The notes beneath the pieces were generated by a model, which saw only the letters and a program-made list of their open reading frames with translations, was not told the origin of the DNA and searched no databases. The translations under genes and the position numbers were made by a program. DNA of 64,000 nt from Candidatus Korobacteraceae bacterium (GTDB lineage: Bacteria > Acidobacteriota > Terriglobia > Terriglobales > Acidobacteriaceae): contig JBEKPR010000024.1 of assembly GCA_049520555.1 (NCBI GenBank), positions 1,176 to 65,175 on the forward strand, given 5' to 3'. This document shows positions 48,843-57,849 of the stretch, in pieces (the first letter of the stretch is position 1; each line of letters begins with the position of its first letter).

Positions 48843-49439
48843 CTACTTCGCGCCGGGCTTTTTCTTGCTTTGGGAGACCAGCATATCCAACCTGCGCCCC
48901 TGCTCTGAGGTTTCAATCAGCTTAGCGAGCCGCTTGCCTCGCGTTTCCTCCCGCTTCGCGCTAATCACCCACCAAGTCGCGGTCCGTCGATAGCCGGGAG
49001 GTTGGGCCTGAAAAAACTCCCACGCCTTCTCCTGCCCCCGAAACTGTTTCTCGTGTGCGCCCTCCAGTTTGCAGGTACTTCTCTCATACGAATACTGCCT
49101 TGCCTTCTGCTCGTCGCGCCCTGCAAACGCCTTGAGTCCTGGCGCCGTCATGCGTCCACGCCGCTTAAGCTCGGCAATGCGTTTAATGTTCACTGCGCTC
49201 CAGAAGCTCTTCGGCTTTCGCGGGGTGAACCGGTGGGTGTAGCTGACATCATCCACCGCCTTTTTTAACCCGTCGATCCAGCCGAAACAGAGTGCTTCAT
49301 CCACGGCCTCCTGATAGCTAATGCCACCCTTGCCCGAGTTCTTCTTGTAGAACCCAACCCAGGCCTCGTGGGCTTTGCCGTGATTCGATGCCAACCATTC
49401 TCGAAAGTCAGACGCCGATTGAAAGAACGCGATTTTCAT
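48843..49439 (-). CDS. YdeI/OmpD-associated family protein
   Basis: FREWLASNH...WVGFYKK...ISYQEAVDEALCFGWIDG...FTPRKPKSFWS is the typical YdeI pattern. Confidence 0.7.
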   Translation of the reverse strand: MKIAFFQSASDFREWLASNHGKAHEAWVGFYKKNSGKGGISYQEAVDEALCFGWIDGLKKAVDDVSYTHRFTPRKPKSFWSAVNIKRIAELKRRGRMTAPGLKAFAGRDEQKARQYSYERSTCKLEGAHEKQFRGQEKAWEFFQAQPPGYRRTATWWVISAKREETRGKRLAKLIETSEQGRRLDMLVSQSKKKPGAK

Positions 49440-49547
49440 GGCAAGCTCCGATGGGTCGAGCGGTGAGAACTAAGGGGCAGCGGCCTCTTCCCCGAATCCC
49501 CGCTTCCCCGCCCCGAATCTAACTAAACCGTTAGAATAGAGCCAGAA

Positions 49548-50708
49548 ATGCACCGGGTCTACCTCGACAACAACGCCACCACTCCGCTTCTTCCCGAAGT
49601 GTTTGAGGCTATGCGCCCCTACTTCTTCGAGAAGTTTGGCAACGCGTCGTCCATTCATCAGCAGGGACAGCAGGCGCGCTCCGCGGTGGAGCACGCGCGC
49701 GAGCAGGTTGCGGAGTTGCTGAACTGCCGTCCGGCGGAGATCGTCTTCACCAGCGGGGGCACCGAGGGCGACAATTTGGCGCTGTTTGGCCTGATGAAGC
49801 CGGGCGATCACCTAATCACCTCGAGCGTAGAGCATCACGCGGTGCTAAACGCGTGCAAGCGTCTCGAAGAGATGGGTTGCGCCGTGACCTACTTACCGGT
49901 GGACGGCCGGGCGCTGGTCGATCCCGATGATGTGCGGCGGGCGTTGCGTCCGGAGACCAAGCTCATCAGCATCATTCTGGCGAACAACGAAACCGGTGTG
50001 CTGCAGCCGGTGAGCGAGATTGGCAAGATCGCCAGCGAAGCTGATGTGTACTTCCACACCGACGCCGTGCAGGCGGCCGGCAAAGTGCCACTCGACGTGA
50101 AGGAGATTGGCTGCGATCTCCTGACCATAACGGGCCATAAGATGCACGGCCCGCAAGGCGCCGGGGCGTTGTTCGTACGTCGGGGAACGTTGCTGCAACC
50201 GATGATGTATGGCGGGCGGCACGAGCGTTCGCGTCGGGCGGGAACGGAGAATCTGGCGGGCATCGTCGGACTGGGCAAAGCGGCGGAGATGGTCCGCGAA
50301 GGATTTGCGGACGGCAGCGTCGAGCGCATGGCCGGGCTGCGCGATCGGCTGGAGCGTGGGATCGTCGAGACGGTCGAACAAATCGGCGTAAACAGTGTCG
50401 CCGCGCCACGCGTGCCCAACACGACCAACATTTACTTCGATTGCATCGAAGGCGAAGCCATGGTGATTGCGCTCGATCTCAAAGGGTTGTCGGTTTCGAC
50501 TGGAGCGGCGTGCTCGTCCGGGGCAATTGAGCCGTCGCACGTTTTGACCGCGATGGGACTTTCGCCAGACCGCGCGCGCGCCAGTATCCGCTTCAGCCTG
50601 GGCAAGCAGAACACCGCCGACGATGTGGAGTTCGCGCTGTCGTTGGTGCCGGAAGTTGTGTCGCGGTTGCGCGAGATCTCGCCGGTTTACAAACGGGTGC
50701 ACGCGTGA
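49548..50708 (+). CDS. cysteine desulfurase (NifS/IscS-like, class V aminotransferase)
   Basis: VYLDNNATTP, FTSGGTEGDN, the PLP-Lys block ITGHKMHGPQG and the active-site loop STGAACSSG are present. Confidence 0.9.
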   Translation: MHRVYLDNNATTPLLPEVFEAMRPYFFEKFGNASSIHQQGQQARSAVEHAREQVAELLNCRPAEIVFTSGGTEGDNLALFGLMKPGDHLITSSVEHHAVLNACKRLEEMGCAVTYLPVDGRALVDPDDVRRALRPETKLISIILANNETGVLQPVSEIGKIASEADVYFHTDAVQAAGKVPLDVKEIGCDLLTITGHKMHGPQGAGALFVRRGTLLQPMMYGGRHERSRRAGTENLAGIVGLGKAAEMVREGFADGSVERMAGLRDRLERGIVETVEQIGVNSVAAPRVPNTTNIYFDCIEGEAMVIALDLKGLSVSTGAACSSGAIEPSHVLTAMGLSPDRARASIRFSLGKQNTADDVEFALSLVPEVVSRLREISPVYKRVHA

Positions 50709-50771
50709 AAGGCACTCGCCTCAGCCCTGTGAGATTCACTCTAACGCTAGTTGCCAATTGCTAATTGCCAA

Positions 50772-51884
50772 ATGCTGACTTCCAAGACCATCGCCGTAGC
50801 CATGTCCGGAGGAGTGGACTCCTCCGCCGTCGCTGCATTGCTGTGCGAGCAGGGCCACACGGTCGTCGGGCTCACGCTGCAGTTGTGGAACCAGCGCCGC
50901 CTGGCCGGTCACGAGGGCATGCCGGAGTCAGTGCAGGGACGCTGCTGTTCCATCGATGACGTTTACGATGCCCGCCGCGTGGCCGAGACGCTCGGCATTC
51001 CGTATTACGTCGTCAATCAGGAGCAGCGCTTTGAGGAAGACGTGGTGCGCCCGTTCGTCTCGGAGTATCTCTCCGGGCGCACGCCAATTCCGTGCAGCCT
51101 GTGCAATAACCATCTGAAGTTCGATCAGCTACTGATCACCGCGCGCCAGATTGGGGCGGACCTGCTGGCCACCGGACATTACGCGCGCAACGAGTTCGAC
51201 GAGCGCACCGGACGCTGGGTGTTGAAGCGCCCTGCCGATCGCGCCAAGGACCAGACCTATTTCCTCTTCGGCCTGACGCAGGAGCAGTTGAGCCGCACCC
51301 TGTTTCCGCTCGGCGAGCTGCGCAAGCCCGAGGTGCGCGAGGAAGCCAGGCGCGCGGGACTTCGGCTGTTCGAAAAGCCCGACTCGCAGGAGATCTGCTT
51401 CATTCCGGGCGGCGACTATAAGAAGTTCCTCGACGCCTATCTGGCGGAGCAGGGCGAAGAGTTTCCCGACACCGCGGGCGAACTGGTCACCACCAGCGGC
51501 GAGGTGGTCGGCTCACACAGTGGCATTCACAACTTCACCGTGGGGCAGCGCAAGGGGCTGGGCGTGGCCACGGGCTCGCCGCTGTACGTGTTGGAGATTC
51601 GCGGAGACAAGCACCAAGTCGTGGTGGGCGGTGGCGACGAGTTGTTCTCGCGGACGTTGCGCGCCAAGGCAGTGAACTGGATCGCGATTGACGATCTGCA
51701 CGGGCCCATGCGCGTGCAGGCCAAGATTCGGCATCGCCATGAAGCTGCGGACGCGGCCATCGAGAAGAGCGGCCACGACGAGGTGCTGGCGACGTTCGAC
51801 CAACCGCAGCGCGCCATCACTCCCGGTCAGGCAGTGGTGTTCTATGACGGCGACGTAGTTGTGGGCGGCGGCTGGATCACGTAG
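50772..51884 (+). CDS. mnmA: tRNA 2-thiouridine(34) synthase MnmA
   Basis: ATG at 50772. PP-loop [11 protein letters not shown], plus CCSIDD, CNNHLKF and ATGHYAR. Confidence 0.92.
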   Translation: MLTSKTIAVAMSGGVDSSAVAALLCEQGHTVVGLTLQLWNQRRLAGHEGMPESVQGRCCSIDDVYDARRVAETLGIPYYVVNQEQRFEEDVVRPFVSEYLSGRTPIPCSLCNNHLKFDQLLITARQIGADLLATGHYARNEFDERTGRWVLKRPADRAKDQTYFLFGLTQEQLSRTLFPLGELRKPEVREEARRAGLRLFEKPDSQEICFIPGGDYKKFLDAYLAEQGEEFPDTAGELVTTSGEVVGSHSGIHNFTVGQRKGLGVATGSPLYVLEIRGDKHQVVVGGGDELFSRTLRAKAVNWIAIDDLHGPMRVQAKIRHRHEAADAAIEKSGHDEVLATFDQPQRAITPGQAVVFYDGDVVVGGGWIT

Positions 51885-51904
51885 GCCGGTCGTTCCTGTT
51901 CTCA

Positions 51905-51962
51905 CTGTTACAATCGAGGTGCAGGCTGTCTGCCCGCGCTTCTCACATTCCATGAAGTGCCC
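51905..51962 (+). repeat. copy A of the nrdR promoter/start duplication
   Basis: CTGTTACAATCGAGGTGCAGGCTGTCTGCCCGC...CCATGAAGTGCCC matches 52999-53056 at about 50 of 58 positions by hand alignment. It includes TACAAT and ATG-AAG-TG(C/T)-CC (MKCP). Confidence 0.75.
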
Positions 51963-52095
51963 GAGCACGAAGACGATCTCGTCGCCCGCCTGGCACAGGG
52001 CAAGCATAGCAACGAGCTCCGCAGCCATGCCGCTGGAAGTCTCAACTGTGGCGTTGGATGGCGATGCTAGAATGCAATTTAGGAGGAGCAAGTCA

Positions 52096-52485
52096 GTGCG
52101 GGTGTTTCTCAGTTACGCGCAAGCAGACCAGGCTTTCGCGAAAGCTCTTTCAGAAGAGCTTACGCGGCGAGGTCTCGATGTTTGGAGTGACGAGCGAGAG
52201 ATTCTGCCTGGCGACAATGTCTGGTCCAGCATCGGAGAAGCTTTGAAGAAGTCCAAAGCACTGGTCGTGCTGATCTCGCCTGAGTCCATGCGGTCCAAGT
52301 TCGTGCGTAGCGAGATTCAGTATGCGTTAGGGGACCTCGGCTATGACCAACGAATATTCCCGGTCATGGTGCAAGAAACCTCTTCCGTACCCTGGATTCT
52401 CAGCAAATTTAAGATCCTCAATGCGAACGCCGGCGCAGCCAAGGTAAGCGACGCCATAGCGAACTCCCTAAAGCAGGTCGCGTGA
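52096..52485 (+). CDS. TIR-domain protein 1
   Basis: GTG at 52096, 9 nt after AGGAGG. (M)RVFLSYAQADQAFAKALSEEL...DVWSDEREILPGDNVW...ALVVLISPESMRSKFVRSEIQYAL is a canonical bacterial TIR_2 layout of ~129 aa. Confidence 0.75.
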   Translation: MRVFLSYAQADQAFAKALSEELTRRGLDVWSDEREILPGDNVWSSIGEALKKSKALVVLISPESMRSKFVRSEIQYALGDLGYDQRIFPVMVQETSSVPWILSKFKILNANAGAAKVSDAIANSLKQVA

Positions 52486-52495
52486 GCTTCGCATA

Positions 52496-52963
52496 ATGCT
52501 GAAACGACAGCCCGTAAAGAGAAAAATCTTTCTCTCGCATTCCAGCAAAGATCGTGCGTTCGTCTTGCGACTTGTTAAAATCCTCGAGAGCAATCGGATT
52601 TCATACTGGTACAGCGCGACGCATATCAAGGGCGCAAAGCAATGGCATGATGAAATTGGACGGGCATTGGGGGAATGTAATTGGTTCCTCGTAGTCTTGA
52701 CGCCTGATGCGGTTCGGTCTCAATGGGTCAAGCGCGAGCTGTTGTTTGCATTGGACGAAGACCGGTACGACCGAAGAATCATTCCGCTGCTCTATAAGTC
52801 GTGTAAGTACTCGCGTCTCTCTTGGACTCTGCCTGCGTTTGAGCTGGTGGATTTCAGGGCGAGATTTGATTCCGGTTGTAAGCAGCTTCTGCGCGTCTGG
52901 GGCCTCCAATACAAGCCGAAAGCTATCGCTCGGCGTTCGACTCAAAAGAAGAAACCTCTATAG
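52496..52963 (+). CDS. TIR-domain protein 2
   Basis: KIFLSHSSKDRAFVLRLVKILE...ISYWYSATHIKGAKQW...FLVVLTPDAVRSQWVKRELLFAL. It is 155 aa and starts 10 nt after TIR-1. Confidence 0.8.
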   Translation: MLKRQPVKRKIFLSHSSKDRAFVLRLVKILESNRISYWYSATHIKGAKQWHDEIGRALGECNWFLVVLTPDAVRSQWVKRELLFALDEDRYDRRIIPLLYKSCKYSRLSWTLPAFELVDFRARFDSGCKQLLRVWGLQYKPKAIARRSTQKKKPL

Positions 52964-52998
52964 GTACGCCTGCTTCACCGTAGCAAGCCTCAGATCCC

Positions 52999-53056
52999 CT
53001 GTTACAATCGAGGTGTAGGCTGTCTGCCCGCACTTTTTCTAATCCATGAAGTGTCC
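52999..53056 (+). repeat. copy B of the duplication (the functional nrdR promoter/start)
   Basis: See copy A. The ATG at 53046 is the nrdR start, and TACAAT at 53003-53008 is a -10-like box. Confidence 0.75.
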
Positions 53057-53534
53057 ATTCTGCGGCTTTGAAAACGACAAAGTAGTGGATTCGCGCGAAA
53101 GCAAGGAAGGCGAATCCATCCGCCGCCGCCGCGAATGCCTGAAGTGCGAGAAGCGCTTCACCACCTATGAGCGGATCGACGAGATCCCCTACATGGTGGT
53201 CAAGAAAGACGGGCGGCGCGAAAAGTTTGAACGCCAGAAAGTTCTGAATGGACTGCTGCGGGCCTGCGAGAAGCGGCCTGTCTCCATGAGTAAATTGGAG
53301 CAGATTGTCAATGATGCCGAGGGCTTCGTGGTGGACTCGCCCGATCGCGAGCGCAAAACCAGCGAGGTCGGCGAGCTGATCATGAACCGCCTGAAGCGTC
53401 TTGATAAGGTCGCCTATGTGCGCTTCGCCTCGGTTTATCTCGATTTCAAAGACGTGCGCGAGTTCATGGCGGAGTTGAAGGAACTGCTCGACACCAAGGA
53501 CAACACGTCGGCCAAAGCCAAGTCCGGAGACTGA
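53046..53534 (+). CDS. nrdR: transcriptional repressor NrdR
   Basis: MKCPFCGFENDKVVDSRESKEGESIRRRRECLKCEKRFTTYE, a zinc ribbon plus ATP-cone. Confidence 0.95.
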   Translation: MKCPFCGFENDKVVDSRESKEGESIRRRRECLKCEKRFTTYERIDEIPYMVVKKDGRREKFERQKVLNGLLRACEKRPVSMSKLEQIVNDAEGFVVDSPDRERKTSEVGELIMNRLKRLDKVAYVRFASVYLDFKDVREFMAELKELLDTKDNTSAKAKSGD

Positions 53535-53558
53535 TTCCGGCAGTTAGATAGCACGATA

Positions 53559-54602
53559 ATGTCATATAAAGTCACGTTAATACCCGGCGATGGCATCGGT
53601 CCCGAGGTGGTGAATGCGAGCGTCCGGATCCTGGAAGCTACCGGCGTCAAGTTCGAGTGGGAAAGCTTCGCCGCCGGCGCCGAAGCCTTCGAAAAGTACC
53701 AGGAGTACATCCCCAAAGAACTCACAGAGTCCATCGAACGCACCCATGTTGGCCTGAAAGGCCCGGTGACAACGCCCATCGGCGGCGGCTTTTCCAGCAT
53801 CAACGTGGCGTTGCGCAAGCAATTTGAGCTGTTCGCCAACTTCCGGCCTATTCGCAATCTGCCGGCGGTACCAACTCGCTATCCCGGCGTCGATCTGGTC
53901 ATTGTTCGCGAAAACACCGAGGGGCTCTACTCGGGCATCGAGCACGAAGTCGTGCCGGGCGTGGTGGAGAGCCTGAAGATCATCACCGAGAAGGCTTCCA
54001 CGCGCATCTCCCGGTTTGCCTTCGAGTACGCGCGGCGCATGCATCGCAAGAAGATCCACGCCATCCACAAGGCCAACATCATGAAGCTGTCGGACGGCCT
54101 GTTCATCCGCTGTTCGCGCAACATCTCGAAGGAGTATCCCGAGATCACCTACGGCGAACACATCGTGGACAACACCTGCATGCAACTGGTCATGAATCCC
54201 TACCAGTACGATATGTTGCTGCTGGAAAATCTTTACGGCGACATCATCTCCGATCTGTGCGCAGCGTTCGTCGGCGGACTCGGCCTGGTTCCGGGCGCCA
54301 ACTTCGGGCACGAGTGCGCCATCTTCGAAGCGGTGCATGGCTCTGCGCCCGACATCGCCGGCAAAGACATCGCCAATCCGACGGCCGTGCTGCGGTCGGG
54401 CATTCTAATGCTCCGCCACCTGGGTGAGGAGAACGCCGCCAACCACATCCGCCTGGCGTTGGAGAAGGTGTACACCGAGAAGAAGCACCTTACGCGCGAC
54501 GTGGGCGGCACCGCCGGAACCAGCGAGTTCGCCGACGCCATGATTGAGGCGCTGCACGCCATTCCGCCACCCAAAGCGGAATTGCAGGAAGTGCAGAGGT
54601 AG
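53559..54602 (+). CDS. isocitrate/isopropylmalate dehydrogenase family enzyme (NAD-IDH-like)
   Basis: VTLIPGDGIGPEV, LVIVRENTEGLYSG, NLYGDIISD and AIFEAVHGSAPDIAG are present. Confidence 0.85.
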   Translation: MSYKVTLIPGDGIGPEVVNASVRILEATGVKFEWESFAAGAEAFEKYQEYIPKELTESIERTHVGLKGPVTTPIGGGFSSINVALRKQFELFANFRPIRNLPAVPTRYPGVDLVIVRENTEGLYSGIEHEVVPGVVESLKIITEKASTRISRFAFEYARRMHRKKIHAIHKANIMKLSDGLFIRCSRNISKEYPEITYGEHIVDNTCMQLVMNPYQYDMLLLENLYGDIISDLCAAFVGGLGLVPGANFGHECAIFEAVHGSAPDIAGKDIANPTAVLRSGILMLRHLGEENAANHIRLALEKVYTEKKHLTRDVGGTAGTSEFADAMIEALHAIPPPKAELQEVQR

Positions 54603-54621
54603 GGATTCGGAACCTCAATGC

Positions 54622-55422
54622 ATGGCGAGATTCTACAAATTCCGGGGGATCAGGGACCCAGCTAGCCTAGTGACGGATTTTTCTCTCGACGCTCTATTCA
54701 AGTCCTACGCAGTATTTTCCGGGAGGGCGAATTTCAACGATCCATTCGATAGCAAGATTGATCTCGTACGCCCCACCGCTCAAGAAATCCTCAGCTTGCT
54801 TCGGCATCCCAATGTAATCGCACCCAAGCGAAACTTATACAACCGCTGGCTCTCAAAGGGACAATTCAGTAGGTTGGGACTCGAGTATCTGCGAAGGTTC
54901 GAAAGGAATCTTGCTGATTTGATTGACACCTTTCCAATATATTCCCTTAGCAGCCACAATCGCTGCATCTTGCTCTGGGCCCACTACGCCTCGTGTCATA
55001 CCGGCTTCTGCATTGAATTCGAATATGGTGGAGAACAGCCCGCCGAGGTGCGTTATCAGAGCCAAATAGACTCCATACGGCTGTTTGATCTTCTTAAATA
55101 CAACAATCTAGGGATCGACACCGACAATAAGCTCGCGGAACAGATTAGGAACGCACTACTAGTCAAACTTGAATGCTGGTCTTATGAAGGTGAATATCGA
55201 TGGATCGCGGCGAAGGACCATGTCACGAAGCAGCAACAGTACAGGATGGAGAAAAAATATAATCCCGAGCAGGTTAAGGCGATAATCTTCGGCTGCCGAA
55301 TGCCATCTCCCGTGAAGAGCTATATTCTTGCGCGGCTTCCCTTCAGTACGAAATTCCAGCAAGCCCTTGAGATGAGGGATAGTATTGAAATCGTAGATTT
55401 CGATCAGAACCGCCATCTGTAG
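54622..55422 (+). CDS. DUF2971-like protein
   Basis: ATG at 54622. MARFYKFRG...LDALFKSYAVFSGRANFNDPFDS...IYSLSSHNRCILLWAHYASCHTGFCIEFEY is the DUF2971 pattern as I remember it. The gene is visibly AT-richer than its flanks. Confidence 0.65.
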   Translation: MARFYKFRGIRDPASLVTDFSLDALFKSYAVFSGRANFNDPFDSKIDLVRPTAQEILSLLRHPNVIAPKRNLYNRWLSKGQFSRLGLEYLRRFERNLADLIDTFPIYSLSSHNRCILLWAHYASCHTGFCIEFEYGGEQPAEVRYQSQIDSIRLFDLLKYNNLGIDTDNKLAEQIRNALLVKLECWSYEGEYRWIAAKDHVTKQQQYRMEKKYNPEQVKAIIFGCRMPSPVKSYILARLPFSTKFQQALEMRDSIEIVDFDQNRHL

Positions 55423-55439
55423 ACTAGATCAGAAGGACA

Positions 55440-55716
55440 TTAGCGTCGGCGGCCAGGTTCACGTTTGCTCTTCCGCCAGAGGTCGAAGTCAGCCAAAATC
55501 TTCCCTTCGTGAAGTCCACGTTTTCTGATCTGTCGTGCGATCTCCGAACTGAGCAGCCCGAACAACTCACATTTCAAGGCTGTGGGGAACAGTCGCTTCT
55601 GGCGTCGGCCAGAATATCCCGGCAATCCGGCCTCGATGGGTGACCAAAATCGGCTTTCCCGAGCGAATCAGCTTGGCAGTGTCGTGGCAAAACTCGCGTA
55701 GCGTCCTCGTTCTCAT
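55440..55716 (-). pseudogene. Phd/YefM-like antitoxin, frameshifted, no partner toxin
   Basis: Hand translation from the ATG at 55716 gives MRTRTLREFCHDTAKLIRSGKPILVTHRGRIAGIFWPTPEATVPHSLEM* (stop at 55567-55569). The continuation ELFGLLSSEIARQIRKRGLHEGKILADFDLWRKSKRE lies in the frame of track ORF 55440..55625. Confidence 0.5.
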
Positions 55717-56003
55717 GCGGCCCCATCCTCAGAAAAACAATAACGGCATCACCACAACGATACGATGCGCCACATTTTGGTACAATGTTGCCACGAGCGC
55801 CACGTGAGGATCGGGCGTTCGCCGCAGCTTTGAGCCGCACCTCCTACTGAACTCGACATGAACATCCGCTCCACCAGTGACCCGTCACTTTGCGTGGACG
55901 CAACGTTTGACAGGAGCTAGTTCTGACGTCGCGACCTGGTCTGATTGCTTATAATCCGGCGCACCACCGTTTCGCCATATTTCTGGCGTGCGCCACTTTT
56001 CTG

Positions 56004-56870
56004 TTGATCGTTGCGGGTGCTCTCGTCACCAGCCACGACGCCGGCCTGTCCGTCCCGGATTGGCCTACCTCCTTTGGTTCGCTCTACAAGATTCCTCCCA
56101 TGGTCGGCGGAGTGCAGTACGAGCACACGCACCGCATGATCGCGGAGATGACCGGCCTGCTGATCATCGTCATGGCGGTTTGGACGCAGCGCGTCGAAAA
56201 GCGCCGTTGGATGCGCATCCTGGGCTGGACGGCGCTGGCGGCCGTCGTCGGCCAGGGGATTCTCGGCGGCATCACAGTGCTGGATCTTCTGCCTTGGGCC
56301 GTCTCGACGGCGCATGCCACGCTCGCGCAGATGATCTTCTGCATCGTGATTGCGATGGCCCTGTTCACCAGCCGAAGCTGGTTGCAGGACGAACCGCCGA
56401 TTCCCGAGCGCGATCTCGCGCCCAGCACACCGACCCTCGCGGCGTTGGCGGCAGCTTGCGTGTGGGTGCAATTGATTCTCGGCGCTGCATTTCGCCATTC
56501 CGGCATTAAGCTGTTGCCGCACCTTGTCGGCGCGTGTGTCGTCACTGCCGTGCTCTGCTGGATGATCGTTCGCCTGCTGACGCGGTACGGCAATGTCCCG
56601 CACTTGCGCAGGCCTGCACAACTGCTGCTGGCCCTGTTGATGGTGCAACTCGGCCTCGGTTTCGCCGCGTATCTGACGCGGCTGCAATGGCGCATCGATC
56701 CGCCCCAACCGATCACCGGCATTGTGATCACCACGGTGTCGCACGTGGCTGGCGGCGCGCTGGTATTGGCCACCTGCGTGGTTCTTGCCATCCAAACCCG
56801 GCGCATGATCAACGTCCACGCTGAGGAAACGGCACTCCACTCGGCGCCACGAAAGGCCATCCCCGCATGA
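56004..56870 (+). CDS. ctaA: heme A synthase (CtaA/COX15 family)
   Basis: GALVTSHDAGLSVPDWPTSFG, EHTHRMIA and conserved His in later helices. The start is uncertain: the frame is open from 55911 with no ATG/GTG/TTG before 56004. Confidence 0.8.
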   Translation: MIVAGALVTSHDAGLSVPDWPTSFGSLYKIPPMVGGVQYEHTHRMIAEMTGLLIIVMAVWTQRVEKRRWMRILGWTALAAVVGQGILGGITVLDLLPWAVSTAHATLAQMIFCIVIAMALFTSRSWLQDEPPIPERDLAPSTPTLAALAAACVWVQLILGAAFRHSGIKLLPHLVGACVVTAVLCWMIVRLLTRYGNVPHLRRPAQLLLALLMVQLGLGFAAYLTRLQWRIDPPQPITGIVITTVSHVAGGALVLATCVVLAIQTRRMINVHAEETALHSAPRKAIPA

Positions 56871-57796
56871 GCAGCGCCACCCAGCCGCTGGCTATTCCGC
56901 GGGAAGGATTTGCCGCGCTCGCCCGCGACTATTCCGTCCTGATCAAAGCGCGGGTCACCACGCTCATCGTGATGACCGCATGGGCTGGCGCATATTTTGC
57001 GGCCGCCAAGTCGGGCGCGTCGTTGCTGTCGTGGACGCTGCTGCATGCGCTGATCGGCATCGGCCTGGTCAGCGGAGGCACCGCCGCCATCAACGAAGTG
57101 GTCGAGCGCGACCTCGACGCGCTGATGCGCCGCACCTCGGGGCGGCCGCTGGTCACCGGCAGCATGGGCCTGATGCACGCGTCCGTGGTCGCCTTCGGCA
57201 TGACCGTCGGTGGCGTGCTCTATCTGTGGGCAACCACCAACTGGCTCACCGCCGTGCTGACAGCGCTCACCTCGATCAGTTATCTCACGGTGTACACGCC
57301 GATGAAGCGCGTGCACCCCATCTGCACATTTCTCGGCGCGTTTCCCGGAGCGATGCCTCCGGTGCTGGGCTGGACGGCGATTCGCGGACGCCTCGACCCT
57401 GAAGCCTTCGTGCTGTTCGCGATCCTGTTTTTCTGGCAGTTCCCGCATTTTCATTCCATCGCGTGGCTCTACCGCGAGGACTACGAGAACGCGCGCATCC
57501 GCATGTTGCCCGTCGTGGAGAGTGATGGCCGCTCCACCGCTTTGGCCATCATGATGTACGCGGTGGCGCTGGTCCCGGTATCGCTCGCGCCCACTCTGAT
57601 GGGAATGGCGGGATGGACCTACTTCGCCGGAGCGCTGTTGCTGGGCGGCGGCATGTTGTGGTTCAGCCTGCGCATGTGGACGATGAAGCTCACGCCCGCC
57701 GCTGCCGCGTCGAAGCCGCGCGCCCGTCACGTGCTGCAAGCTTCGGTGATTTACCTTCCGCTGCTGTTCGCGCTGATGATGCTCAATCGCGCGTAA
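56867..57796 (+). CDS. ctaB: protoheme IX farnesyltransferase (CtaB/CyoE)
   Basis: UbiA-family motifs AAINEVVERDLDALMRRT and YTPMKR. Its ATG overlaps the ctaA stop. Confidence 0.9.
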   Translation: MSSATQPLAIPREGFAALARDYSVLIKARVTTLIVMTAWAGAYFAAAKSGASLLSWTLLHALIGIGLVSGGTAAINEVVERDLDALMRRTSGRPLVTGSMGLMHASVVAFGMTVGGVLYLWATTNWLTAVLTALTSISYLTVYTPMKRVHPICTFLGAFPGAMPPVLGWTAIRGRLDPEAFVLFAILFFWQFPHFHSIAWLYREDYENARIRMLPVVESDGRSTALAIMMYAVALVPVSLAPTLMGMAGWTYFAGALLLGGGMLWFSLRMWTMKLTPAAAASKPRARHVLQASVIYLPLLFALMMLNRA

Positions 57797-57849
57797 GGGC
57801 GAGCAGTCAGCACTCAGCAGTCAGCATTCAGGTCTCAGTAAATTGGCGG

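Noticed and set aside
52096-52963. Calling the TIR pair a Thoeris system
   Set aside because: There is no ThsA-type (SIR2/SLOG/Macro/TM) effector gene in the vicinity. It is therefore reported as an unclassified TIR-TIR cassette instead.
55911-56003. Possible 5' truncation or non-canonical (CTG at 55923 after AGGAG) start of ctaA
   Set aside because: The frame is open and encodes plausible CtaA-like residues (RFAIFLACATFLL) with no ATG/GTG/TTG before 56004. I cannot distinguish a rare start codon from a slightly shorter protein without homolog alignment. It is noted in the feature only.
56084-57739. 551-aa minus-strand ORF
   Set aside because: It is antisense to ctaA and ctaB, which both have clear family motifs. 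Its composition is Arg/His/Gly-rich noise.
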